Assembly (NCBI GenBank): GCA_041662245.1
Contig: JBAZSW010000004.1
Span: 11,454-75,453, forward strand
DNA length: 64,000 nt
Source: Parcubacteria group bacterium
GTDB taxonomy: Bacteria; Patescibacteriota; Minisyncoccia; Moranbacterales; UBA9337
Reading direction: 5' to 3'
Of the stretch, positions 39,870-49,106 are shown one piece after another; position 1 is the first letter of the stretch; every line of letters starts with the position of its first letter. A program made the position numbers and the translations under genes. The notes under the pieces are model-generated. The model did not search any database. It saw only the letters and a program-made list of their open reading frames with translations, and was not told the DNA's origin.

Positions 39870-40979
39870 TTATATTTTACTCTGCTTTGATATATTGAGC
39901 AATATTCCCATCGCTACCATAATAAAAATAAAAGAAGTTCCTCCATAACTGATAAAAGGAAGGGGAATACCCGTAAGAGGAATAATAGCTAAAATAGCAG
40001 AAATATTTACAAACGCCTGAAAAATAACCCAACTTACAATTCCAATTGCTACAATTTTGCCAAAATCATCAGGCGCATTTCTGGCAATTCTTATTCCTCT
40101 AAAAGCAAAAGCGATAAACAACAAAACTACTACTGTCGCTCCTATCATTCCCAATTCTTCCCCTATAATCGCAAAAATTGAATCTCCTACGGGCTCTGGT
40201 AAATAATTGAATTTTTGGCGACTATGTCCTAGTCCCACTCCCAAAATTCCTCCTGAACCAACAGCTAACAAGGCCTGAGTGATTTGATAGCCCACTCCAC
40301 GCGGATCATGTTCTGGATTTAAAAAAACTAACATTCTATTCAGTCGATAGGGCTCCATAACGATTAAGCCCGCCAAAGCCACTATACCACTGAAAAAAAT
40401 TCCCCACATATGAGAAAGATTTGCCCCTGAAACAAAAAACATAGCTATAGAAATTAAAATGACCACACCCAATGTCCCTACGTCTGGTTGTTTAATAATC
40501 AAAAACCCCATAATAGCCAAAATTCCCAAAAAAGGAATCATCCCTTCATAAATATCCCTAATGCGATCTTTTCCTCGACTAGCTAGCCATGCTGCTAAAT
40601 ACAACACCATAGAAAGCTTAGCCATTTCTGAAGGTTGAAAAGAAATAGGTCCTAAATTTATCCAACGACTAGCTCCATAAATATTTTTTCCGACTCCTGG
40701 AATAAAAACTAAAATCAAAGCAACTATCGTAACAATAAAAAATGGTACGGCAAATTTTTTCCATACATGATAATCTATCCGACTAAAAAAATATAATGCT
40801 AAAAATCCAGGCAAAAATCCATAGAGAAATTGATGAGAAATAAAGTAGTTTTGATCACCAAATCTAGTCTTGGAATATAAAACACTAGCACTAGCAATCA
40901 TCATCAATCCAAAAACAGACAAGGTAAAAATTATTGTCAGCAAGGGCTTATCCATTTGTCTAGTTTCTTTTTTTTCCAA
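39870..40979 (-). CDS. ftsW: SEDS-family peptidoglycan glycosyltransferase FtsW
   Basis: GASRWI, FQPSE, GYQITQAL and PLPFISYGG motifs. Confidence 0.92.
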   Translation of the reverse strand: MEKKETRQMDKPLLTIIFTLSVFGLMMIASASVLYSKTRFGDQNYFISHQFLYGFLPGFLALYFFSRIDYHVWKKFAVPFFIVTIVALILVFIPGVGKNIYGASRWINLGPISFQPSEMAKLSMVLYLAAWLASRGKDRIRDIYEGMIPFLGILAIMGFLIIKQPDVGTLGVVILISIAMFFVSGANLSHMWGIFFSGIVALAGLIVMEPYRLNRMLVFLNPEHDPRGVGYQITQALLAVGSGGILGVGLGHSRQKFNYLPEPVGDSIFAIIGEELGMIGATVVVLLFIAFAFRGIRIARNAPDDFGKIVAIGIVSWVIFQAFVNISAILAIIPLTGIPLPFISYGGTSFIFIMVAMGILLNISKQSKI

Positions 40980-41018
40980 TTTTTTATATTTATTTAACTT
41001 TAACTTAAACTCTAATGT

Positions 41019-41807
41019 TTATATACCGCTATTTTCTTTTTTCCACTTCTCAATTTCCTTATGATTTCCACTGAGTAAAACGTCAGGAACTTTCCAGCCG
41101 TTGAATTCTTCAGGTTTAGTGTAATGAGGATACTCGAGACTAAATTTTGAATTTTTAATTTTGAATTTTGAATTCTCATCTTCCATTTGTGAACTATTTT
41201 TAGCTTCCTTTGTCTGTGAACTGTTGACTGCAAACTGCAAACTACTGCCAAAGCTTTCTTCCATTAAAGACTCCTTATTTCCCAAAACTTCCGGCAAAAG
41301 TCGACTAACTGAATCCACTACAATCATAGCAGGAATCTCACCACCAGTTAAAACATATTCTCCAATAGAAAACTCTTCATCAATAATATTTTGAGCTACT
41401 CGTTCATCCACTCCTTCATAACGTCCACAAATTAAAATTAAATTTTTATATTGAGCCAACCTCTTGGCATCCGCTTGGGTATATTTTTTTCCCTTAGCTG
41501 AAAAAAGAATCACCCGAACGTTTTTAGAATTTGATATTTGGAATTTCGAATTTGTTTGTAATTTGGAAATTGGAACTTGAGATTTTAAAAATTGAACACA
41601 CCTCCAGATGGGTTCAATTTTCAATACCATTCCCGCTCCACCTCCATAAGGAGTATCATCTACTGTTTGATGTTTATCTGTAGCATAATCGCGAAGATTG
41701 TGAATTTTAATTTCAATCAAATTTTTCTTTTGCGCCCGCGCTAAAATAGACTCAGCAAAATATGAATCAAAAATCTTGGGAAAAATTGTAATAATATCAA
41801 ATTTCAT
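41019..41807 (-). CDS. trmD: tRNA (guanine37-N1)-methyltransferase with two low-complexity insertions
   Basis: DDTPYGGGAGM, CGRYEGVDER, YVLTGGE and LEYPHYTKP motifs. Confidence 0.95.
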   Translation of the reverse strand: MKFDIITIFPKIFDSYFAESILARAQKKNLIEIKIHNLRDYATDKHQTVDDTPYGGGAGMVLKIEPIWRCVQFLKSQVPISKLQTNSKFQISNSKNVRVILFSAKGKKYTQADAKRLAQYKNLILICGRYEGVDERVAQNIIDEEFSIGEYVLTGGEIPAMIVVDSVSRLLPEVLGNKESLMEESFGSSLQFAVNSSQTKEAKNSSQMEDENSKFKIKNSKFSLEYPHYTKPEEFNGWKVPDVLLSGNHKEIEKWKKENSGI

Positions 41808-41869
41808 GGTTTAGCTTATTAGGTATTAGGTTATAGCTTATTAGTTTTTAAAATAAAATTATATAGACA

Positions 41870-41908
41870 TGTCATTTCGATCAAATAAATTTATACGTGG
41901 AGAAATCT
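41870..41908 (+). repeat. GTCAT-family palindromic repeat
   Basis: TGTCATTTCGATCAAA..GTGGAGAAATCT. Confidence 0.65.
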
Positions 41909-42087
41909 TAATTAAAAAATTAAAACAATTCAACAATATAACAATTCCAACACTTAGAACATTAATCATCTTACCATTTTTTATTAAAATTAAAAAGCTA
42001 TATCAATCCCCCATATATTAAATAAAACCTCTTGCAAGGTATCGACCTCACAAGAGATTGGCAAAATTTTTATATTATCGTTTTCTT

Positions 42088-42327
42088 TCATTTTCTTTCA
42101 AAAATGTAGTCAACTATAGCGTTCACCGTTTCCAGTGTGGTAGCATCCCTTTGAGAAATTTCCAGACCAAATTTTTCTTCCGCATCCATTATCATTTGAG
42201 TCAAATTCAGAGAACTCAAACCCAAATCATCCACTAGAGAGCTACTTGGATTCATTTCTCTCTCCTCAATACCTGTTTGCTCCACAATTGCCTTAGTTAC
42301 TATTTTCATTATTTCTTGCCTAGTCAT
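42088..42327 (-). CDS. acpP: Acyl carrier protein-like
   Basis: SLVDDLGLSSLNL..MDAEEKFGLEI..TVNAIVDYI; AGGAGG SD before MTRQ. Confidence 0.75.
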   Translation of the reverse strand: MTRQEIMKIVTKAIVEQTGIEEREMNPSSSLVDDLGLSSLNLTQMIMDAEEKFGLEISQRDATTLETVNAIVDYIFERK

Positions 42328-42417
42328 AATAATGCCTCCTTTGACATATAGAAATTTTTCTAAAAAAAATAATAAGATTGCTAAAATTAAATATACCAAA
42401 AAATATACATAATATCA

Positions 42418-42455
42418 AAGGGTGTCTGCATAAATCATACCGACACCCTTTTTTT
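42418..42455. terminator. Terminator hairpin
   Basis: AAAGGGTGTC...GACACCCTTT. Confidence 0.7.
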
Positions 42456-42753
42456 AATTTGACAACCCTTTGCCATATAAGGTACTGATGGCATCTTCAA
42501 CAATCAAATTATTTCCACTCACCACTTGCACATTTTTTTCTTTTTTTAAATGAACAGTGATGATTTCCTGACCGCTTCTGACGACAACTACCCCAGTTGC
42601 CCTGGCAAATTGAAAGATGCGTTCAATTGATGGAGGTTCCTCCTCGTCAATGATAATTATTTTCTCGCCAGGTTCTCTGTCGCCAGTTTTATTAATACCA
42701 ACTCTGTCCACCTCCCCTTTCCTAAAAATTTCCGCTTTCATATCGTGCCTCAT
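42454..42753 (-). CDS. Hypothetical protein
   Basis: ATGA-coupled to the upstream ORF; followed by a terminator. Confidence 0.55.
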   Translation of the reverse strand: MRHDMKAEIFRKGEVDRVGINKTGDREPGEKIIIIDEEEPPSIERIFQFARATGVVVVRSGQEIITVHLKKEKNVQVVSGNNLIVEDAISTLYGKGLSN

Positions 42754-42974
42754 AATCTTCTGACATAATCGTCAAGATGCTCAGCCACATTGAAATCCGA
42801 ATACTGCTCACAAACATAGGCTGCCACACGGGTTGGTCGTTCATTGTGCATCAAAAAATTATAAAGATTCGTAAATTCGAAAATAACTTTCCCTCCAAGT
42901 CCCTCTGGCAGTCTGCTTCTCTTCTTTGATCTCTCTACAAACTTTTCCCAATCATTCAAAGGATGCTCGTTCAT
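42750..42974 (-). CDS. Hypothetical protein
   Basis: AGGTG SD-like site; 74 aa. Confidence 0.55.
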   Translation of the reverse strand: MNEHPLNDWEKFVERSKKRSRLPEGLGGKVIFEFTNLYNFLMHNERPTRVAAYVCEQYSDFNVAEHLDDYVRRL

Positions 42975-43142
42975 TCTTATTCACCTGTGGTTTAAAATTT
43001 ATCGGATAAGGTTTAATAAAAAACCAGTTAGACGGACTTACCAAGTTAGCACATTACACCAGTTTAGTCAAATAAATAACTTAATCCATCTTGCCTTAAT
43101 TCAATTTTACTGATATTATTTCCATTGTATTTAAAAAAATAT

Positions 43143-43232
43143 GGAGAGATGGCTGAGCGGTCGAAAGCGACAGTCTTGAAAACTGTTGTGCCTTTACGGG
43201 TACCGGGGGTTCGAATCCCTCTCTCTCCGCCA
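43143..43232 (+). tRNA. tRNA-Ser(TGA)
   Basis: Cloverleaf with long variable arm; loop CTTGAAA; encoded CCA. Confidence 0.95.
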
Positions 43233-43380
43233 AGTTAAATCCTTAACCTAAGGATTTTTTATTTAGTAAATAATTTTATAGATAATTATTTGCTAACGTA
43301 TTAAAATAAAATACTAAAATATTTTATGTTATTGAGTTATTGTGCTATAATCCAAATATAAAATTATTACTTCAAATAAA

Positions 43381-43944
43381 ATGGACTTGCACAAAAATAT
43401 TCCTCCCCAAAAAAATGTTCACATCAATCATGAAGGCGAATATCTCGAAAATCCCCATGATTTTATGCTAGAGCAAAACAATCATAATATTCTATTGCAT
43501 TGGCAGGGACCGGAGTATGAACATTATCCCAAAGAGAAAATTTGGTACAGTGTTGCAGCTCTAATTTTATCGGCTATTATAATTTATGCCCTTGTTATCA
43601 ATAGTCCTATCATGGCAATTACCTTTGTTTTGATTGGCGCGGTAGGTTACATTCAACTAGAAAAATTTCCTCGAGTTTTGGATTTTAAAGTAACCAATGA
43701 CGGCGTAATGGCAGGAGGAGAACTTTATGAATTTGATAACATAAAATCATTTTGGATATTTTATGAACCGCCTCATACTAAAATTCTCAGTCTCCACACC
43801 GATGCAATGCTCACTCCTTTTATTCATATTCCTGTTCACCAGATAGACCCCGTTAAACTGAGAGAAATACTTATGGAGTTTGTACCTGAAGAAAAACAAA
43901 AACCCACGCTTGTTGACACGATCGAAAGACTTCTGCATATATAA
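43381..43944 (+). CDS. Membrane protein with two TM helices and a PH-like C-terminal domain
   Basis: WQGPEY..WY, two TM helices, IKSFWIFYEP. Confidence 0.7.
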   Translation: MDLHKNIPPQKNVHINHEGEYLENPHDFMLEQNNHNILLHWQGPEYEHYPKEKIWYSVAALILSAIIIYALVINSPIMAITFVLIGAVGYIQLEKFPRVLDFKVTNDGVMAGGELYEFDNIKSFWIFYEPPHTKILSLHTDAMLTPFIHIPVHQIDPVKLREILMEFVPEEKQKPTLVDTIERLLHI

Positions 43945-44039
43945 AAAACGCCAATGCTCCGAAAGTCTGCTAGGACTCTCGGAGTCTTTTCATCCATAAG
44001 TTTATATGATAGGATACGCTAGTATTTGAACACAAAATT

Positions 44040-44114
44040 GCTCTCGTAGTTCAACGGATACCTGTCCGCAGTGCTACAGCGTTGCAGGCGGGGAACGCGA
44101 GTTTGGCAAACTCG
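44040..44114 (+). pseudogene. Partial tRNA-Arg duplicate interrupted by a 32-bp hairpin element (44061-44092)
   Basis: Matches 44159-44201 except for the D-loop insert and anticodon loop TTGGCAA; no T arm or 3' acceptor strand. Confidence 0.85.
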
Positions 44115-44158
44115 GCAATGTAAGTTAGAGGCAACATTTATAAAGACAAGCAAAATGA

Positions 44159-44230
44159 GCTCTCGTAGTTCAACGGATAGAACGCGAGTTTGCGGAACTC
44201 GTAATTGAAGTTCGATTCTTCACGAGAGCA
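44159..44230 (+). tRNA. tRNA-Arg(GCG)
   Basis: GCTCTCG/CGAGAGC acceptor; CGAGT-TTGCGGA-ACTCG; TTCGATT T loop; CCA not encoded. Confidence 0.92.
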
Positions 44231-44263
44231 CATCTATTTTAAAAAACGCCCGTTTGGCGTTTT

Positions 44264-45565
44264 TTAACTTTCTATAAATTCTTTTTTTCTCCAAGCTTTA
44301 GATTGGCGACAAAGTATTTTTTGGGCTTCTTGCGGATTTAACATTATTTGTTCAATTACTTTCTCCATCCGCATGCCTTGCGAACCTTTTACTAAAATTA
44401 AATCTCCCTCACTGATTATATTTTTTACAATTCTTCCCGCCTCGACTGGATTATCGAAAAACAAAACACTCTTTATATAATTATCACTTCCCAATAAATT
44501 TTGAACTGCCTCACGCATCTTTTTGCCTACTAAAATTAACTTGTCAAATTTTCCTTCCAAAACAGTTTTTATCACATCCGCATGTCCTTTAGCAGAGTCT
44601 TCTCCTAATTCAAACATATCACCTAAAATAACAAATTTTCTATTAGCCTTTATTTGATCCAATGTCGCAATGGCTGCCAAAGCTGAAACGGGGGAAGAAT
44701 TGTAAGTGTCGTCAATTATCAAACTTCCACTCACTCCTAAAATTAAGTTCATCCTCCCGCGAGGTGATTGGAAATTTTCCAGAGAAGCTAGCGCATTAAT
44801 TAAATTAACCTTAAAATACTCACCTACTGCCACGGCAGCCAAAGCTGCATAAAGTTGATGCTTGGCAATAATTCGAGGTAGTCGCAAAGGAATGATTTTT
44901 CCTTTAAAATTTAACTTAAAACTCAATCCCCTAGAATTTCCTTTCTCGTCATAATTAAAGCGAACGTCCGTCACCTTGATATCAGCTTCCTCAGTAAAAC
45001 CGTAAGAAATTATTTTTGCCTTTATTGTTTCTAATTCTTCTTTGATAAACAGATTATCCGTATTTAAAATAGCCACGCCACTGCCAGAAATTGATTTTAC
45101 TAAAATGCTTTTTTCCTTAGCAATCGCCTTTATGTTTTTGAAAAACTCCAAGTGACTTGAGGAAATATTGGTTAAAATACCCACCTCCAATGGAATAAAA
45201 TCCATAAGATATTTCATATCCCCCGGTCTATCAACAGCCATCTCTAAAACTAAAATTTCAGGATATCCCCAAGGAGTAATCAACCAAAAAATCCATTTTA
45301 AAAAAACTACCAGCCATTTAAATAAATTTTTTCCACCAGTTTTAGCGCCAATAATAGTAAGAGGAATTCCAATTTCATTATTATAATTTTCTTCATTCTT
45401 CCTTACCTTAAAATTATTTTTTAAAACCAAAAAAACCGCCTCTTTGGTGAGAGTTTTACCCACAGAGCCTGTTATTCCCACTACTTTAGGCTTATGTCTC
45501 TTCAAAATAATCACTGCCATAAACCGCAGCACTTTCTCTAGATAAATTATTTTTTTCGATTTCAT
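44264..45565 (-). CDS. murF: UDP-MurNAc-tripeptide--D-Ala-D-Ala ligase
   Basis: GITGSVGKT, NYNNEIGIP, DDTYNSSP, LGDMFELG and LVKGSQG motifs. Confidence 0.9.
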   Translation of the reverse strand: MKSKKIIYLEKVLRFMAVIILKRHKPKVVGITGSVGKTLTKEAVFLVLKNNFKVRKNEENYNNEIGIPLTIIGAKTGGKNLFKWLVVFLKWIFWLITPWGYPEILVLEMAVDRPGDMKYLMDFIPLEVGILTNISSSHLEFFKNIKAIAKEKSILVKSISGSGVAILNTDNLFIKEELETIKAKIISYGFTEEADIKVTDVRFNYDEKGNSRGLSFKLNFKGKIIPLRLPRIIAKHQLYAALAAVAVGEYFKVNLINALASLENFQSPRGRMNLILGVSGSLIIDDTYNSSPVSALAAIATLDQIKANRKFVILGDMFELGEDSAKGHADVIKTVLEGKFDKLILVGKKMREAVQNLLGSDNYIKSVLFFDNPVEAGRIVKNIISEGDLILVKGSQGMRMEKVIEQIMLNPQEAQKILCRQSKAWRKKEFIES

Positions 45566-45594
45566 GAAATTAAATGATACTTTTTTAAAAAATA

Positions 45595-46797
45595 TTATTC
45601 TTTTTCCTCTTTTTTTATTTGTAGCTTTATCGAATTAGCAAAATTAAGAATATCTGACTTAAAAGTAGATGTTATTTTATTTTTTTCTCGATGTTGCTCT
45701 ATGGCTAAACTGATTAATTTTTCAATAAGCCCGCCCAATTCTAGTCCGCTCGCTTTCCAAAGATGATGGTAAAGAGTTCCCGGCATAGCATTAATTTCAT
45801 TAGCATACACTTTTCTGTTTAGCTTATCATAAAGAAAATCCACTCGAGCCGTTCCAGTACAATTAAACAATTTATAAATCCTCACCGCCATATTCTGCAC
45901 TTCCTTGGTAGTTTTTTCATCAATTCTTGCTGGAATTATAATGCCCCCTTTTGCATTTCCCAATTGAGCACCACCGTCTTTGAGATATTTATCTTCATAA
46001 TTAAAATGTTCCCCTTCAAAAACAGCTTCTTGTACCAGAGAGGCTACGGGCTCAGAATTTCCCAAAACAGCACAAGTGATATCCATTAAATTTTCTACAC
46101 TTTCTTCAACAATAATCCGATTATCATAATGAAGCGCTATTTCACAAGCATTTTCTAATTCTTCTCGATTGCTAACCTTGGCAATACCGATAGAAGAACC
46201 TAGTCTAGCTGGTTTTATAAATACTGGCCAATTTAATTTTTCAATTTTTTCTATTATTGAGTTTTTATTATTATCCCAAGTAATCTTTGTAAAATAAGTA
46301 AATTCTGTCGTAGGCATGCCACAGCTCTTATAAATTTGTTTAGTAATAATTTTATCCATAGTTATCGCCGAAGAAGCTACTTCGCAACCACTATAGGGAA
46401 CATTGCTAAGTTCAAATAATCCTTGAATTGTGCCATCTTCCCCATTGGCTCCATGAAAAGCAGGAAAAGCTAAGTCAATAGATATTTCTTTGGCCAATAG
46501 TCCTTTATTCTTCAAAACCAATTTATTGTTTGAAGCTTCTAGAGACACCCAGCAAGACTCCATCTTTTCTAAATTTTCTTCCAAATTTTTATCAGTAAAA
46601 AATTTCAGAGCCCCTAAACTTTCGGAAAAAAACCAGCGCCCTTTTTTATCAATATAAACAGGAACAACCTTATAGCCAAGTTTTTTTAGTTCAGCTATAA
46701 TCATTTGTCCGGTTATAATAGAAACCTCATGCTCCGGATTCCGGCTTCCAAAAAAAACACCTATATTTATTTTATTCTTATTCATATCTATATTCAT
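45595..46797 (-). CDS. ddl: D-alanine--D-alanine ligase
   Basis: EHEVS, HGANGEDG, GSSIG and NEINAMPG motifs. Confidence 0.92.
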   Translation of the reverse strand: MNIDMNKNKINIGVFFGSRNPEHEVSIITGQMIIAELKKLGYKVVPVYIDKKGRWFFSESLGALKFFTDKNLEENLEKMESCWVSLEASNNKLVLKNKGLLAKEISIDLAFPAFHGANGEDGTIQGLFELSNVPYSGCEVASSAITMDKIITKQIYKSCGMPTTEFTYFTKITWDNNKNSIIEKIEKLNWPVFIKPARLGSSIGIAKVSNREELENACEIALHYDNRIIVEESVENLMDITCAVLGNSEPVASLVQEAVFEGEHFNYEDKYLKDGGAQLGNAKGGIIIPARIDEKTTKEVQNMAVRIYKLFNCTGTARVDFLYDKLNRKVYANEINAMPGTLYHHLWKASGLELGGLIEKLISLAIEQHREKNKITSTFKSDILNFANSIKLQIKKEEKE

Positions 46798-46924
46798 AAT
46801 ATTTATAAATTAATTTTAATGCTTAAGCTACTACAACCTTAGTTTCTAAAAAATAATATTTTTTAGAACTGCCGATGCGGATGCGAAAAACGAGAAAAAA
46901 TATTTGAAAGCGTAATTTATAGGT

Positions 46925-48289
46925 TTAAAAATAATTATCCGTTAAATCATTTTGAAAAATTATTGTATCTCCTTTTTGGAGAATATTGCTTAAATCATTA
47001 TGAGCCTCTTGGGTATTTTTGTAAACCTTATAATTAATAAACCCGCTCTTTTTCATTCCCATAATTATAAAGTTAACCATTTTACTCTTTATTAGCATCA
47101 CCAAATCAACATTTTTTGCATAAAGCTCTCCAATTTCTTCATGTATTTCCTGCGCTCGAGAACCTAATTCCACAAGTCCGGGGGTAAGTACCACTTTCCG
47201 ACCTGTTGCTTGTTTTAAAACCCAAATACCGCTTTTAATGCCATTTAAGTTTCCATTATAACTGTCATCAATAACCATAATATCTGTATGGGTATTATAA
47301 ATCGGTTCCAAGCGATGCTTCACGGGACACACAGCTGCCACCCCTTTAGAAATATCATCTAACGAAAAAAGAAATTCTTGGGCAATTTTTGCGCAAAGCA
47401 TAATCAAAGCAATATTGTGCTGAGCTAACAAACTAGTTTCAAAATTGTTACCCTCCCATCTGAATTTTAATCCTTTAAAATTTTCTCTAACTAAAATATC
47501 TTGAGCATCCTGCTTAGAAATTCCTATACTTTTTTTAAAAGCAAAACGAGAGTAATTTTTTTTGAGGTTTTCATCATCAAAGTTAAATAACGCCAACTCC
47601 TGAGTATTTTGAGAAATTTCAAATTTTGCTTCAATAATATTTTCCAAACTTCCAAAACGTTCCAAATGAGATTCATTAATACCTGTTAAAATTGAATAAA
47701 GTGGTTTCACCATCTCACAAATTTTTTTTATTTCTCCTTTTTGATAAGCTCCCATTTCCACCACGAAAATAGTCCCTTCTTTAAATTTGTCTTTATTTTT
47801 TATAATAAAATCGGCAATACCAATATCCGTATTGATATTTTCTGGAGTTTTTATGACCTCAAATTTTTGGGATAGAATAGTTGCCAAAATTTCTTTGACA
47901 CTAGTTTTGCCATAACTTCCTGCAATTCCAATAACTTTTACTTTACTAGTCAAAATGATTTTTCTAGCATTATTAATTTTTTTCTGCTTCAATATCATAT
48001 CCAATGGTTTAATAATCAAGAAAGCTAGACCCACGAGAAAAGGAAGTATTATGATCAAAATTGGAATTATACAAAATCCAATTATTCCCAATTGAATAAA
48101 AAATATCCCCACAATGATCCAAAAAAGAAGTTCTGTCACTAACCATAAAAGACGAGCTTTGGCAGTCCAGACTATTTTTTGTCTATTTTCTAAATTCCAC
48201 CACGCCAAATGAACGTAAACAAATCTAAAAAACCGACTAAAATAATAGTTTTCACTTTGAAAAATATAAATAAGATTTTTAAGTATCAT
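46925..48289 (-). CDS. Second MurF-like Mur ligase with N-terminal TM segment
   Basis: GIAGSYGKT, VEMGAY, DDSYNGN, TPGLVELG and NDLTDNY motifs. Confidence 0.85.
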   Translation of the reverse strand: MILKNLIYIFQSENYYFSRFFRFVYVHLAWWNLENRQKIVWTAKARLLWLVTELLFWIIVGIFFIQLGIIGFCIIPILIIILPFLVGLAFLIIKPLDMILKQKKINNARKIILTSKVKVIGIAGSYGKTSVKEILATILSQKFEVIKTPENINTDIGIADFIIKNKDKFKEGTIFVVEMGAYQKGEIKKICEMVKPLYSILTGINESHLERFGSLENIIEAKFEISQNTQELALFNFDDENLKKNYSRFAFKKSIGISKQDAQDILVRENFKGLKFRWEGNNFETSLLAQHNIALIMLCAKIAQEFLFSLDDISKGVAAVCPVKHRLEPIYNTHTDIMVIDDSYNGNLNGIKSGIWVLKQATGRKVVLTPGLVELGSRAQEIHEEIGELYAKNVDLVMLIKSKMVNFIIMGMKKSGFINYKVYKNTQEAHNDLSNILQKGDTIIFQNDLTDNYF

Positions 48290-49047
48290 CTAATTTGAGC
48301 TAAAAATATTTCATTAAAATCTTTTTCATTATCCAAAAAAACATAGTGTCCCGCCTTGGGAATGATATATAATTGCGAATTTTTAATTAATTGGTGCATT
48401 AATTTTCCATTATTTGAAGGGGTGTCTGTATCGTTTTGCCCCCAAATCAGAACAGTTGGCATAATGATTTTAACTAAATCATCGGTTAAATCTTCGCTGA
48501 TAACATTTAAATACGTATCTTTTAAAGCGCCCGAATTTATATAATCTTCAGAATCAATAATTTTGTAAAACCACTTTCTAGCTATAATTCTTACCTTTTG
48601 AATTCCTGGCAAAGAAAAAAATAATTTAAAAAATTTAGCAATAATGAAATAAATATATTTTTTGATGTTTTTCTTTCGAATACCTGCGCTCCCAATCAAA
48701 ATTAATTTTTTTATTTGATTACCCTCGGCACAATATTTAATCCCAATAGCACCTCCAAAAGAATGACCAGCGAGAATGGGATTTCTGATTTCTAATTTTT
48801 CCAGAAAATCTTTAACAAAATTTGCATAATCATCCAATGACCATGGGGTCTGAGGCATTTCACTGTCACCAAATCCAGGTAGATCAATCGCTATAAAGTT
48901 TTCACATTTAGCTAAAGTTTTTTGAAAATGACTAGCCTGCGATCCCCAACCATGTAGAAAAATTAAAATATTATTTTTATCAATAACCCTACTTTGATAA
49001 TATTTGATATGAAGATTTTGAATAATAATATCTTTTCCTTGTAGCAT
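48286..49047 (-). CDS. Alpha/beta hydrolase
   Basis: HGWG, DLPGFG, GHSFGG nucleophile elbow, AGH. Confidence 0.9.
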   Translation of the reverse strand: MLQGKDIIIQNLHIKYYQSRVIDKNNILIFLHGWGSQASHFQKTLAKCENFIAIDLPGFGDSEMPQTPWSLDDYANFVKDFLEKLEIRNPILAGHSFGGAIGIKYCAEGNQIKKLILIGSAGIRKKNIKKYIYFIIAKFFKLFFSLPGIQKVRIIARKWFYKIIDSEDYINSGALKDTYLNVISEDLTDDLVKIIMPTVLIWGQNDTDTPSNNGKLMHQLIKNSQLYIIPKAGHYVFLDNEKDFNEIFLAQIR

Positions 49048-49106
49048 AAATATTTCTTAAAAGCATAAAGCTAAAAACAATGATCATAAAATATAATCCC
49101 GCCAAC

